Shown here in pieces: positions 16,310-25,200 of a stretch of 25,200 nt of DNA (position 1 is its first letter; every line of letters starts with the position of its first letter). This DNA comes from Thermoproteaceae archaeon. GTDB taxonomy: Archaea; Thermoproteota; Thermoprotei; Thermoproteales; Thermoproteaceae. Under the pieces are notes generated by a model. The model saw only the letters and a program-made list of their open reading frames with translations. It was not told where the DNA came from and made no database searches. Where the stretch lies: the NCBI GenBank assembly GCA_020833025.1, contig JAJHRB010000018.1:1-25200 (forward strand), given 5' to 3'. The translations under genes were made by a program, and so were the position numbers.

Positions 16310-16625
16310 TCAGGGAGCTGCCCGGCCGCCGCGAAGAGCTTTATTACTTCGCTGCCGCCTGTCTTGACTGCTAGCCCTCTCATGACAGCCCGCAGGAGTC
16401 AGTGAGAGTAGTGGCACAGTTCCTTGGCCTCGGCTACGGCATTCCTGTATTATCTGAGTCCCGCAGCTTCTCGCACGCATGTCTGAGGTCCCTCTCCGCA
16501 AGCGCCGTGCCCCCTCCAGAAGTGCCCGGAGCTCTTGAGTTTACGGCGTAGATCACCAGCTCTGTGACGTACGCCGCCGGGTCTGCGCCGCGCCTTTCCA
16601 GCCCAGCCCCGACGTTCGTGCTCGC
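16310..16625 (-). pseudogene. PaREP1 pseudogene, tandem paralog of 15527-15979
   Basis: Fragments LERRGADPAAYVTELVI / GDLRHACEKLRDS / IIQ / AVAEAKELCHYSH*LLRAVMRGLAVKTGGSEVIKLFAAAGQL align by eye to the intact copy. Stop at 16399-16401, several frameshifts, 3' end lost. Confidence 0.85.
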
Positions 16626-16679
16626 GCGGCCGGCGGCCGCACGGCCTCAGAGATAAAATTTCGCTGCACGGCCAGCCCC

Positions 16680-17048
16680 ATGGGACACGTGGAGGTCCAA
16701 GCCGTCCTGGGCGACGAAACGAGGACTAAAATGAAAGCAGTGCGAGCTCTGGTTGACACGGGCGCCACCCTGACTGCCATCCCAAGACAGCTGGCCAGGG
16801 AGCTGGGCATAAAACCGCATGCCCAGGCCCGCGTCAAGACCGGCGCCGGCGTGATTGTAATGGACAGAGCCCGGGCGTACGTCGAGATAATGGGCGCGGG
16901 CGAGATCGTGCCCGTGCTGATATCGGACGTGATAAATAGGGTGCTGGTCGGCGTCACAACGCTCGAGGTGCTAGAGCTTGAAGTGGATCCCGTGGCGGGA
17001 GCGCTGAGGAGGACGGCACTCCTCCTCTACTCTCTTGCGCGGGTGTGA
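16680..17048 (+). CDS. Retropepsin-like (clan AA) aspartyl protease
   Basis: ALVDTGATLT catalytic motif and C-terminal LVGVTTLEVLELEVDP. Confidence 0.9.
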   Translation: MGHVEVQAVLGDETRTKMKAVRALVDTGATLTAIPRQLARELGIKPHAQARVKTGAGVIVMDRARAYVEIMGAGEIVPVLISDVINRVLVGVTTLEVLELEVDPVAGALRRTALLLYSLARV

Positions 17049-17540
17049 CTGCGCTCGAGCTCGAGAAGCCGTGGCAGGATCCGGAGAAGTACCTTGACGG
17101 CCGTCTGACAGAGGCGCTGTACGAGGCCGAGCTGGCTCTGAAGCTCCTTGAGGCTGGCGTGTATTGGAATGCTGCAGGAAAGGCCTTTCGGGCTTTCAAG
17201 GCCCTGCTGTCCGCTCTCGCAATGGAGTACAGAGATATCATCGCGCGCAAGTACCAGGAGTGAGGAGATTGAGAGGCGGGAGGAGGATAGAACTTGCGGA
17301 CTGGATAGTAACCGCCATGCCAACTGGGCTCTTGCTCGAAATTGCCAGAGACCTCTCGCATGCAGTAGGGGCTGAGCTTTTGCATTTATAGTACTGAATC
17401 TCCACGAGTTTCAGCACAACGGCCTGGACACGTCAGTCGTGTTAAGCCGGCGCGCGAGGCTTAACTCCGTGCGGAGGACGTGAGGGCCCTCGCGCGTTAT
17501 GTTATTGAAAGCGCGAGGAGGCTCCGCGGCGAGATGCCCT
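17045..17540 (+). pseudogene. PaREP1-family pseudogene
   Basis: LEKPWQDPEKY...EAELALKLLEAG..WNAAGKAF, then a 1-bp loss near 17255 (KY-PGVRRLRGGRRIELADWIVTAMPTG). Further breaks near 17390 and 17480; LNLHEFQHNGLD motif. Confidence 0.85.
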
Positions 17541-17541
17541 C

Positions 17542-17865
17542 TCAAGCGCTTGGCTGCCTTAGGAGGTCCTTGACGGCCTCGGAAATGCCCACGACTCTGC
17601 ACATGCCGCTCTCGGCGTCGTACACGAGGAGCGTGCCATCCGCGCCCCGCAGTATGAAGTGCTTGAACTCAGCGTCATGCATTACAAACTGCGATAGCGA
17701 GCCGAACATCTCGAGCAGGAGCCCCGCCGCCATCGCGTGACACAGAGGCGGCTTCCCCACGGCCTCCAGGCAGCTCTCGTACCTCTTGCGCAGCTCGGAG
17801 AGTCCCTGTCTGATTATATCAATTCTCAGCTCCCGCGGCATGACTCCGTCATCCATTCTGAACAT
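17542..17865 (-). CDS. Hypothetical protein (107 aa)
   Basis: ATG at suitable spacing from the TTTAAA box at 17886-17891; protein-like composition. Confidence 0.75.
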   Translation of the reverse strand: MFRMDDGVMPRELRIDIIRQGLSELRKRYESCLEAVGKPPLCHAMAAGLLLEMFGSLSQFVMHDAEFKHFILRGADGTLLVYDAESGMCRVVGISEAVKDLLRQPSA

Positions 17866-17885
17866 ATACGGCGTGCCGTCTAAGC

Positions 17886-17891
17886 TTTAAA
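17886..17891. promoter_or_regulatory. Palindromic TATA box shared by divergent genes
   Basis: TTTAAA lies 21-26 bp from both the minus-strand start at 17865 and the plus-strand start at 17912. Confidence 0.55.
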
Positions 17892-17911
17892 GCCTTGGAC
17901 GCGGAGATGGC

Positions 17912-18202
17912 GTGGCCGGCTGGGCCGCTCAGGCGGTCGAGCTCGCAGCGATAGCCACGGGGGCCGCGCTCGTAATTCTCGGTATCCTGCTTATTGTGCT
18001 CTCGCTACTGATTTCAAGAGCCCGGGGAGTCAGGGAGGGAGGCGCCGAGGCTGGCGGCGTGGTGATGATAGGGCCCCTGCCTATTGTCTTCGGGACGAGC
18101 CAGCGCGCCGCCGTCGCTGCGATGGTTCTCGCAATCGCGCTCACGGCTCTCGCGCTCATTCTGTTCGTGTCCGGGCTAGCGCCCTTAAGAGCAGCCACGT
18201 GA
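17912..18202 (+). CDS. DUF131 / TIGR00304-family membrane protein
   Basis: Two hydrophobic helices flanking GGVVMIGPLPIVFGTS. Confidence 0.85.
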   Translation: MAGWAAQAVELAAIATGAALVILGILLIVLSLLISRARGVREGGAEAGGVVMIGPLPIVFGTSQRAAVAAMVLAIALTALALILFVSGLAPLRAAT

Positions 18203-18431
18203 GGAGCGCCAGGACTGCAAGTAAGAGCGCCGCCGCCGCAATTCCGTGCATGACGGCGGCCGGCTGTCCCACGCCGAAGCACACCGGCACGAAGAATACA
18301 ATTACGCAGCCGACGGCGCCGCCCGATATCTCACCCACCCTCACGTGGGAGAGGAGCGCCAGCATTGGAGCGGCGGCCATGAGGGCAATGCCGGTGAGCA
18401 CGAGAGCGAGGCCGAGCGCCAGCAGCCTCAC
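18156..18431 (-). CDS. DUF131-like small membrane protein
   Basis: Two hydrophobic helices with GAVGCVIVFFVPVCFG; TTTTAAAA box at 18452-18459. Confidence 0.75.
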   Translation of the reverse strand: MRLLALGLALVLTGIALMAAAPMLALLSHVRVGEISGGAVGCVIVFFVPVCFGVGQPAAVMHGIAAAALLLAVLALLTWLLLRALARTRTE

Positions 18432-18574
18432 GGCACGTCCCCGCGCTCTCTTTTAAAAGGAGTTGGGGCGTCAGCTCTTCCCACTCTCGCCACGCATCAG
18501 CCTGCAGCCGCCTGACATCACTCAAGGCTCTGCTTCTCGCGTCAAATCTTTTAAGGGCTGCGACAACAGAACCC

Positions 18575-19027
18575 ATGGAGTTCAAGCCCGAGTATTATGC
18601 AGTGTTGGAGTCGCTCTCGACGGGGGCGAGGAGCGCCAGCGAGGTATCCAGCATTACTGAATTAGAGCGGCATGATGTAGAGGCCATTCTGGCGTCGTTG
18701 ATGGGTCAGGGCCTGGTTGAGAGGCGCGAGAGGGGCCTGCTGTTCAAGAGGGAAGTCTACGTGCTGACTGAGAGGGGGTGGGAGGTGCTCCACAAGTGGA
18801 GGGAGCGCGTCAGAGAGCTCGTGAGCAAGGCAGCGGAGCTAAGGGAGGAGGGCAGGGTCGAGGAGGCCGACGCGCTCATAGCGCCAATCCAGTCAGTGCT
18901 CCCGTTGCTGCTCGCGCTGGGGGTTCTCGACGCGGCGCTTTATGCCGCCGCTCTCGGGGCCGTTGAGAGCACAGATACAGCCGAGGCGCTTGAGGGGGCC
19001 GAGGACCTCGACAGTCTGGGGCTCTAG
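18575..19027 (+). CDS. Winged-helix protein (MarR/ArsR-like fold)
   Basis: SASEVS...DVEAILASLMGQGLVER...YVLTERGWE pattern; TTTTAAG box about 25 bp upstream. Confidence 0.8.
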   Translation: MEFKPEYYAVLESLSTGARSASEVSSITELERHDVEAILASLMGQGLVERRERGLLFKREVYVLTERGWEVLHKWRERVRELVSKAAELREEGRVEEADALIAPIQSVLPLLLALGVLDAALYAAALGAVESTDTAEALEGAEDLDSLGL

Positions 19028-19086
19028 GCGCGCGGCCCCTGTAGCTGCCGCGCATTTCGTCGGACTTTCTCACAGCCGCGCTATAG

Positions 19087-19419
19087 CTACTCCCTCACTA
19101 TGAAGTAGGCGGAGGCGAATCTCAGGAAGTGCTCCTCGTCCCTCTCGTCGACTATAACTATGTCGACGAGCTCTGACACCTCCTCAGGAAGTGCCAAGTA
19201 AACCTGAACGGCAAGCCTCCTGGCATCTCCCGGGCGGAGGCCTCTTACAACTAGAGCCACGTCAAGGTCGCTGTTTCCGACCGCCCTCTTCTTTACCACA
19301 GAGCCGAAGACCACCGCCTCCTTGACGTCAGCAAATCTCCGCGCTGTACTGAGCACTAGTCTTGCAATGTCAAGCCACCTCTCCTCGAGAAGCCTGGCTC
19401 TCTCTAGACCCCACACCAT
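19087..19419 (-). CDS. Minimal nucleotidyltransferase (MNT) antitoxin
   Basis: FGSVVKKRAVGNSDLDV (GS..DxD) plus VDIV; overlaps the HEPN gene end. Confidence 0.9.
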   Translation of the reverse strand: MVWGLERARLLEERWLDIARLVLSTARRFADVKEAVVFGSVVKKRAVGNSDLDVALVVRGLRPGDARRLAVQVYLALPEEVSELVDIVIVDERDEEHFLRFASAYFIVRE

Positions 19420-19808
19420 TTGCCGTCCCAAGCTCTCTTAACAAGCTCGATGACCTCTCGCGCGGTGCTTAGGCAGATTTCCGCATCTTCCCTCTCAATG
19501 CCGTAAGAGAAGTATCGTCCCCTCTGCCTCGCGTTTTCTAGCACGATCAGCTCGCTCCTTCGTGACTTGATAAAGTTCGTGACCTCCTCCCCCCTCCATA
19601 CTGCAGCCAGGTGGGCGAGGAGCTTTCTAACCTGGTGGGTCTCCGGGAAGGAGTAACCCAGAAATGCTATTGTTGCCTTCACGGCGAGCTCCGCCGCTAT
19701 CTGTGCCAGCAGACCTGCCGCGTTAAAGAGACCGCTTCTCAGCGCACCTTCTGCTGCTTTCAGAAACTCCAGAGCCCTCCTACAGAGACTAAATGGAAGC
19801 TCGCCCAT
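19404..19808 (-). CDS. HEPN-domain protein of a HEPN-MNT toxin-antitoxin pair
   Basis: AQIAAELAVKA, PETHQVRKLL and LENARQRGRY pattern; adjacent to the MNT gene. Confidence 0.9.
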   Translation of the reverse strand: MGELPFSLCRRALEFLKAAEGALRSGLFNAAGLLAQIAAELAVKATIAFLGYSFPETHQVRKLLAHLAAVWRGEEVTNFIKSRRSELIVLENARQRGRYFSYGIEREDAEICLSTAREVIELVKRAWDGKWCGV

Positions 19809-19857
19809 GAGAAAGGAGACGGTGCAATAAATTTACTGTCCGTGCCGGACGATCGAA

Positions 19858-20709
19858 CTAAAAAGACTGCAGCGCCCTGCACCTCCCCTCTAGCGACTTG
19901 ATCAGCAGGTAGACGGCGTGGTTATACGGCGTCGGCACGCCGAGAGCTGCGCCGTACTTAACAACGGCGCCGTTTATAAACTCGACCTCAGTCTGCCTGC
20001 ACCTAGCAATGTCTTGCGCCATTGACGAGATGTTGCGGGCCGTCATTTCGGCAACCCCGAAAACCTCGGCGGCGGGACTCTCGACAGGATAGCCCCTGGC
20101 CCTGGCCACTGCCGCTGCCTCCTCGGCGAGCCTCCCCGCGAGCGCGCGCGCCCACGGGTCTGCCAGCACGACACCGTTCGGGGCCTGCAGTATTGCCGTT
20201 ACTGGATTCAGCGCCGCGTTGACAACGAGCTTTCTCCACCTGTAAGGCTCGATATCATCCACGACCCTAACTCTGGCGCCGCCTCTCTCAAGCGCCTCTG
20301 CCACCTCCTCGGCGCCGCGGGGCAGTACTATCTCGCCGAGACCTCGCAGCTCAGAGCGGCACCCCTCCCGGTACACGCCGTACGTGACCACGGCGCCGTA
20401 AGCCGCTGGAAACCTCCCTCTCGCGAGCTCGAGTCCCCCAATGCCGTTCTGAAAGATCACGGGAATCCCGGCGGCGGCCTTGAGCGCGCCTTCAGTGTCC
20501 GGCGCCTTGACCGCCACGAGAGTGTACCTCACGCCAGACGGCAGGCTGCTGACGACCCTCACGCGGAGGCGCGCGCAGTCAGAGCCGCCTGCGCAGAAGC
20601 GATATTCGTCGCACCTGGACCTCACGACGGCGCAGGGCTCGATTCCTGCTGCGTTGAGGAAGTAGGCCAGCATGCTGCCCACGGCGCCGAGGCCCACTAT
20701 AGCGAACAT
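19858..20709 (-). CDS. panE: Ketopantoate reductase
   Basis: GLGAVG Rossmann motif, QNGIG, WRKLVVNAALNP, SSMAQD and TEVEFING. Confidence 0.93.
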   Translation of the reverse strand: MFAIVGLGAVGSMLAYFLNAAGIEPCAVVRSRCDEYRFCAGGSDCARLRVRVVSSLPSGVRYTLVAVKAPDTEGALKAAAGIPVIFQNGIGGLELARGRFPAAYGAVVTYGVYREGCRSELRGLGEIVLPRGAEEVAEALERGGARVRVVDDIEPYRWRKLVVNAALNPVTAILQAPNGVVLADPWARALAGRLAEEAAAVARARGYPVESPAAEVFGVAEMTARNISSMAQDIARCRQTEVEFINGAVVKYGAALGVPTPYNHAVYLLIKSLEGRCRALQSF

Positions 20710-20736
20710 CAAACATAAAGGGGTTTTCTACAACAT

Positions 20737-21531
20737 ATGGACGCCCGGCGGAGGAGGCGCGTGACTGACTTCGTGAAGGGAGGCGGCCCTTACGTGTGGA
20801 TAACGGCGTACGACTGCCCGACGGCCCGGCTCGTAGACGAGGCAGGAGTTGACGGCATTTTGGTGGGTGACAGTCTCGGGATGGTAGTGCTCGGCCTCCC
20901 GAACACTCTCGGCGTCACGATGGCCGATATGGTGCGCCACACGGCAGCAGTTGCCCGGGCGAGCCCGAAGGCGCTCGTGGTTGCGGACATGCCCTTCATG
21001 TCATACGAGCCGGGGCCCGAGACCGCGCTCAAGAACGCGGCGAAGCTCGTGAGGGCCGGGGCGGACGGGGTCAAGATAGAGGGCGGCGCTGAGTACGCGC
21101 ACATTGTGGAGAGGCTCGTCAAGGCCGGAATACCCGTGATGGGGCACATCGGGCTGAACCCCCAGCGCATACTCACGCTGGGGGGCTTTAGAATGGTCGG
21201 CAGGACCGAGGAGCAGAAAAGAAAACTGGTAGAGGACGCCAAGGCGCTCAGGGACGCCGGCGCCTTTGCCATAGTAGTGGAGTTCGTCCCGGCGCCTGTC
21301 GCGAGGGAGATAACGCGCTCGGTGGACGTGCCGACAGTATGCATAGGCTCGGGGCCTCACTGCGACGGGCAGATACTGGTGCTGCATGACGTGATAGGCC
21401 TCTCGGAGAGGCCGCCGAGCTTTGCCAAGAGGTACGCCGACGTCGCCTCAGCGATAAAGAGCGCGGTCGCGAAGTACGCCGAGGAGGTGAGGGCCGGCCT
21501 CTTCCCGTCGAGGGAGCACTACAGGGAGTGA
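20737..21531 (+). CDS. panB: 3-methyl-2-oxobutanoate hydroxymethyltransferase
   Basis: TAYD, LVGDSLGM, VADMPF, VKIEGG, GHIGLNPQ and CDGQILVLHD motifs. Confidence 0.97.
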   Translation: MDARRRRRVTDFVKGGGPYVWITAYDCPTARLVDEAGVDGILVGDSLGMVVLGLPNTLGVTMADMVRHTAAVARASPKALVVADMPFMSYEPGPETALKNAAKLVRAGADGVKIEGGAEYAHIVERLVKAGIPVMGHIGLNPQRILTLGGFRMVGRTEEQKRKLVEDAKALRDAGAFAIVVEFVPAPVAREITRSVDVPTVCIGSGPHCDGQILVLHDVIGLSERPPSFAKRYADVASAIKSAVAKYAEEVRAGLFPSREHYRE

Positions 21532-21537
21532 CCGCGT

Positions 21538-23132
21538 TTAGAGGGCGGTGCCCTGCGGCAGGCTCATGCGCTGGAGGGCGAAGTCGTAGCCGTCGACAAG
21601 CGCTTTCACAGACGCCTTGACTATGTTCGTCGAAACGCCGACTGTCCGCCACACTCTCTGCCCGTCGTGAAACTCGGCGATGACTCTCACGGCACTCTCC
21701 GTCCCCCTCACGGAGCCGGGCAGCGTCACCCTGTAATCGCGCAGCGCGACACTCCTGAGCTCCGGGAACGCAGAGGTGAGGGCCCTGCGCAGCGCGACGT
21801 CGATGGCGTGGACGGGCCCGACGCCCTCGCCTGCCTCGAGTCTCTCCGCGCCGCCGACCAGCACCTTTACAATTGCGTAGGACTGCTCCGAGGGTCCCGT
21901 GATGACTCTCCACTCGATGACTCTAAACCTCTCCCTGTAGAGCCCGAGGTGGCGCGTCAGTATGAGAATGGCAGAGGCCGGAGCGAGGTCGAATGAGTAG
22001 CCCTCTCTCTCGAGCGCCTTCACCTCCTCGAGCGCCCTTCTCACGGCCTCGCTGCGCTTGTCGAGCGGGATGCCGAGCTCCTCAGCTGCCCTGGCGACAA
22101 TGCTGGCGCCGCCCGATAGCTCCGACACAACAATCACCCTGCGGTTGCCTACAAGCTCGGGGTCTATGTGTTCGTAGGCCCTCGGTACCTTCAGCACGGC
22201 GTCTGCGTGAACGCCGCCCTTATGCGCGAACGCAAACTCGCCCACGTAAGGCTGGTAGGGATTTGGCTGCACGCCCAGGGCCTCGTAGACCAGTCTCGAG
22301 AGCTCCCCCAGCCTGGAGTACTTGACGCGCGGCGGCTCGTCGCGCAGCACTCTAAAGCCCATCTTCAGCTCTAGCGTCGGCAGCACGGCGACGAGATCCG
22401 CATTGCCTGTCCGCTCGCCTATTCCGTTTATCGTCCCCTGTACGTGTCTCGCGCCTGCCGCCACTGCCATCAGCGTGTTCGCCACCGCGCAGCCGATGTC
22501 ATTGTGGGCGTGAATTCCCAGAGTCGCCGACGGGAGCCTGCGCCTCACCTCCAGCGTTATCCTGTAGATCTCGTGCGGCGGCGTCCCGCCGTTAGTGTCG
22601 GCCAGCACCACTACCCGGGCGCCGGCGCGCCACGCCGTCTCCACCGAGGCGAGGGCCATCTCGGGATCCTCCTGGTACCCCTGATAGAAGTGCTCGGCGT
22701 CGAATATCACCTCGAGCCCGTGCTCTCTGAGGTACTCGACGCTCTCGGCGATCATGGCAAGGTTCTCCTCCCAGGTGGCCCTCAGGACTTCCCTCACGTG
22801 CAGCGTCCAGCTCTTGCCGAATATCACGGCCGCCGGCACGTCAGCCTTGATTATTGCGTTGAGGTTCTCGTCGTCTCTCGGCCTCACGCCCCTCCTCCTT
22901 GTGCTCCCGAACGCCGCGAGCTTGGCCCTGCCGAGCGGGCGCTCCCTCATCGCCCTGAAGAACTCGGCGTCCTTCGGGTTGGAGTGGGGCCAGCCGCCCT
23001 CGATGTAGTCAACGCCGAGCTCGTCCAGCTTGAGCGCAATTCTCACCTTGTCCTCAAGCGTGAACGAGACGTTTGCCCCTTGGGCGCCGTCCCTCAGTGT
23101 TGTGTCCAGGACCTCGACGCGATCCCCGACAT
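21538..23132 (-). pseudogene. cimA: Citramalate synthase with a 1-bp frameshift after codon 3 (pseudogene or sequence error)
   Basis: EVLDTTLRDGAQG, GGWP.SNPKD, FDAEHFY, HAHND, GERTGNA, FAHKGGVH and GVGPVHA. The ATG at 23132 is one base out of frame with this body, which is otherwise uninterrupted. Confidence 0.85.
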
Positions 23133-23208
23133 ACCGGCGTTGGGCGCTGCAGTATATAAGCCGTGCGCGCGCTGACTTGCGAGAGCTACGGGCCGCGGCG
23201 CTGAAAGT

Positions 23209-23537
23209 CTATTTAGTTAACCTCTCGCCGTTTCTTATCCTCAAGGCGTCCAGCACGGGCAGGACGAATATCCTGCCGTCGCCGGGCCTCCCGCTCTCGC
23301 CGACGGCATTATGACGGCGGTGAGCCTATCTACCTCCTCGCCGGCCGCGACCACCTCGATGACGGCCCTCGGCAATAGAGCCTCGTAGCTCCTCCCTCTT
23401 ATCTTCACGACGCCGCTCTCGCCGCCCATGCCCCCCGCGTTTCTATATACGGTGGCGCCCGTGAAGCCGGCCGCGACGAGGGCCTCGAGCGCGTCGTTGA
23501 TCTCATCCTCTCTCACGACGGCCTTCACGAGCTTCAT
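23209..23537 (-). pseudogene. glnK: P-II nitrogen regulator with a 1-bp frameshift
   Basis: MKLVKAVVRE...LLPRAVIEVV...ARAGG; GDGRIFVLPV..ALRIRNGE continues in another frame after a missing base near 23283. Confidence 0.9.
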
Positions 23538-24447
23538 AGCATCGCTATGCCCACGATCCCGTTGAAGCCAATGGGCCGGGAGGCCCCCACGGGGTCGTCG
23601 ATAGGTATACACCTCTCCACCGGCTTGGTGCCGTAGTACGTGATGAAGCCGGCCAGAACGCCGACGGCCGATGCGGCCCAGAGCTACACGAAGCCAGCCA
23701 GGGGGTTATCATGACCAAGCCTCCGATTATTCCGCCTATAGTGGCTGCCGGGCTCCAGAGCCCCTCGGCCCTTCTGGCCAGGAGGAGCGACACAAGGCCG
23801 GCGAGAGAGCCCGCCGCCGTTGAAGCCAAACCAGCCGAAGAAAAGCAGGGTCGTGCCCACTATCGCGTAAGGGAGCTCCGACCTGCAGTACTCCGCCGCC
23901 TCCTTATACGCCGGGATTAAGTACTTCCCGTTGGCCTTGGCCCTCTTGGCCATGGAAAGCCCCGGCAACCAGGGGGCCACGGCGCCCGCCAGACCCGCGT
24001 AGGCGTGCACCACGGTGCCGCCGGCGAAGTCCCTCACGCCGTATCCAGACAGACCGAAGTACTGGCCCAAGTTGTAGAGAAAGACGTTCCCCACACCCAC
24101 GAGGAGACGAGAGGTCACTGGACAGACGAGAGGAAAGCCGCGAACGCGAGCTACCCGCCGAACTTGAGCCTCTCGGGGGCTCCGGCGAATATGAGAGCCA
24201 GCGTGACGGCCCCGAATGCGCCGAGGAAGAAGGCGTATACGTACATAGGCACGCCTACGCCCTGCCCCGTCGGGTAGTAGCCGTCCTGGAGAACCCCGGC
24301 GTAGTAGTAGGGAAATAGGGCGAACCAGTTAAATAAGGACGAGGACCTGAAGCGGCGTCGAGCGCTATGCCTTCGGCTCCGCCGTGGCTGGGAGAATTCT
24401 AGCGATTTAGATACCATCCTATTTTCATAGAACAGGGAGACCCCCAC
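23534..24447 (-). pseudogene. amt: Ammonium transporter pseudogene
   Basis: FGAVTLALIFAGAPERLKF, DFAGGTVVH, FFGWFGFNGG, ITPLAGFV and IDDPVG..PAHG fragments. Trp-position stops at 24151-24153 and 24115-24117, several frameshifts and internal deletions; the end overlaps the glnK ATG. Confidence 0.92.
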
Positions 24448-24546
24448 AAAGTCAAGACAGAGGTACTAAATCTCCCTCCCTCGTTTCTCCGCCTCCCTAA
24501 GCGACTGCGCCGGGGCAAATTTATAAGGAAATCTAGCTATTGGACC

Positions 24547-25023
24547 GTGGAGTAGTTGACCAAGAGGCTGGCGAGAGGGGGCATCGACGCGAAGGGGCTG
24601 TTGCTCGACGCCCTAAGCGCCGGGGGATCCCGAAGAGAGCTCCAGAGAGAGGCTAAAAATCGCCGAGAGGTACATGGAGGAGTGCACGGAGTACGTAAAG
24701 AAAGGCGATGCGGTGCAGGCCAGCGAGAAGGCTTACAAAGCCGCCGAAGAGGTAGTAAAGGCCCTAGGGAGAAATGCGGAACGCCTGAATACGGCAGATT
24801 CCTCAAGGAGGGCAGGCGGTACACATATCTACTCAGCATGGCCAGCAAAACCCTCGCCAAAAACCTAGGCGACTGGATCCAAGACGGTTGGAACGCCGCA
24901 TACGACCTACACGTCTGGGTGTTCCACGAAGTCAAGCTAGCAATTGAATACGTCAAAGTCGGTGTGGAAAAGATAAAGAAAATGTTAAACGAAGCTAAAA
25001 TAGCCCTCCAACAAAATCGATAA
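24547..25023 (+). pseudogene. PaREP1-family pseudogene with compensating frameshifts
   Basis: TTTATAAG TATA then GTG-GAG-TAG. Extra G in a G5 run (24622-24626) and a missing base near 24767. GDAVQASEKAYKAAEEVVKAL is in a shifted frame while W..AYDLHVW.FHE is in the main frame. Confidence 0.88.
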
Positions 25024-25200
25024 AACATTCCCTGTAAAAGCGCCGTGAGAAGGTCGAGGCCCATGACTCCCAGCCCCCCCCCCCAAAGTCGAAATCCACG
25101 CTGCCTCCGGCCCAGCACGCCACCAACATCGCCGACACAGCCCAGTAAAGGAGCCGCCCCACCTCTATACACTTCAGACCCGCGGCCGCCACAGCCCCGG

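Noticed and set aside
25024-25200. C11 homopolymer (25074-25084) as a phase-variation tract or part of another repeat-family pseudogene
   Set aside because: No supportable gene spans it within the window; downstream sequence is needed.
1-25200. CRISPR array, tRNA or rRNA genes
   Set aside because: No regularly spaced direct repeats, T-loop/cloverleaf signatures or rRNA-like tracts were seen by eye; intron-split tRNAs or small C/D sRNAs cannot be excluded without a search.

Overview
GC-rich archaeal DNA, most likely a Thermoproteaceae genome (Thermoproteus/Pyrobaculum-like). This is inferred from leaderless starts about 22-29 bp after TATA boxes, PaREP1 genes and crenarchaeal-type hydrogenase genes. 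The left half (about 130-13,100, minus strand) is a membrane-bound [NiFe]-hydrogenase locus of HynS-Isp1-Isp2-HynL type. It carries a maturation protease, hypD/hypC/hypF, nikR, two unknown ORFs, a Cys-rich winged-helix protein and a second maturation-protease homolog lacking all three metal ligands. The right end of an IS200/IS605 (tnpB) element sits 2 bp from the nikR stop. The best new signal is a dyad motif, TTTTC-N8-GGAAAG, placed 4 bp upstream of the TATA box in the hynS, isp2 and hynL promoters. With the Cys-rich wHTH protein and the ligand-less protease it suggests an undescribed hydrogenase regulatory circuit, which is inference only. The right half has an MBL-fold hydrolase, an ACS-like protein missing its P-loop and A10 lysine, a decayed PaREP1/ATPase patch, small membrane proteins and a HEPN-MNT pair. 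It also has panE/panB, a cimA with a 1-bp frameshift just after its start, and pseudogenised amt-glnK. No rRNA, tRNA or CRISPR array was seen. Family calls come from motifs recognised by eye, not database searches.
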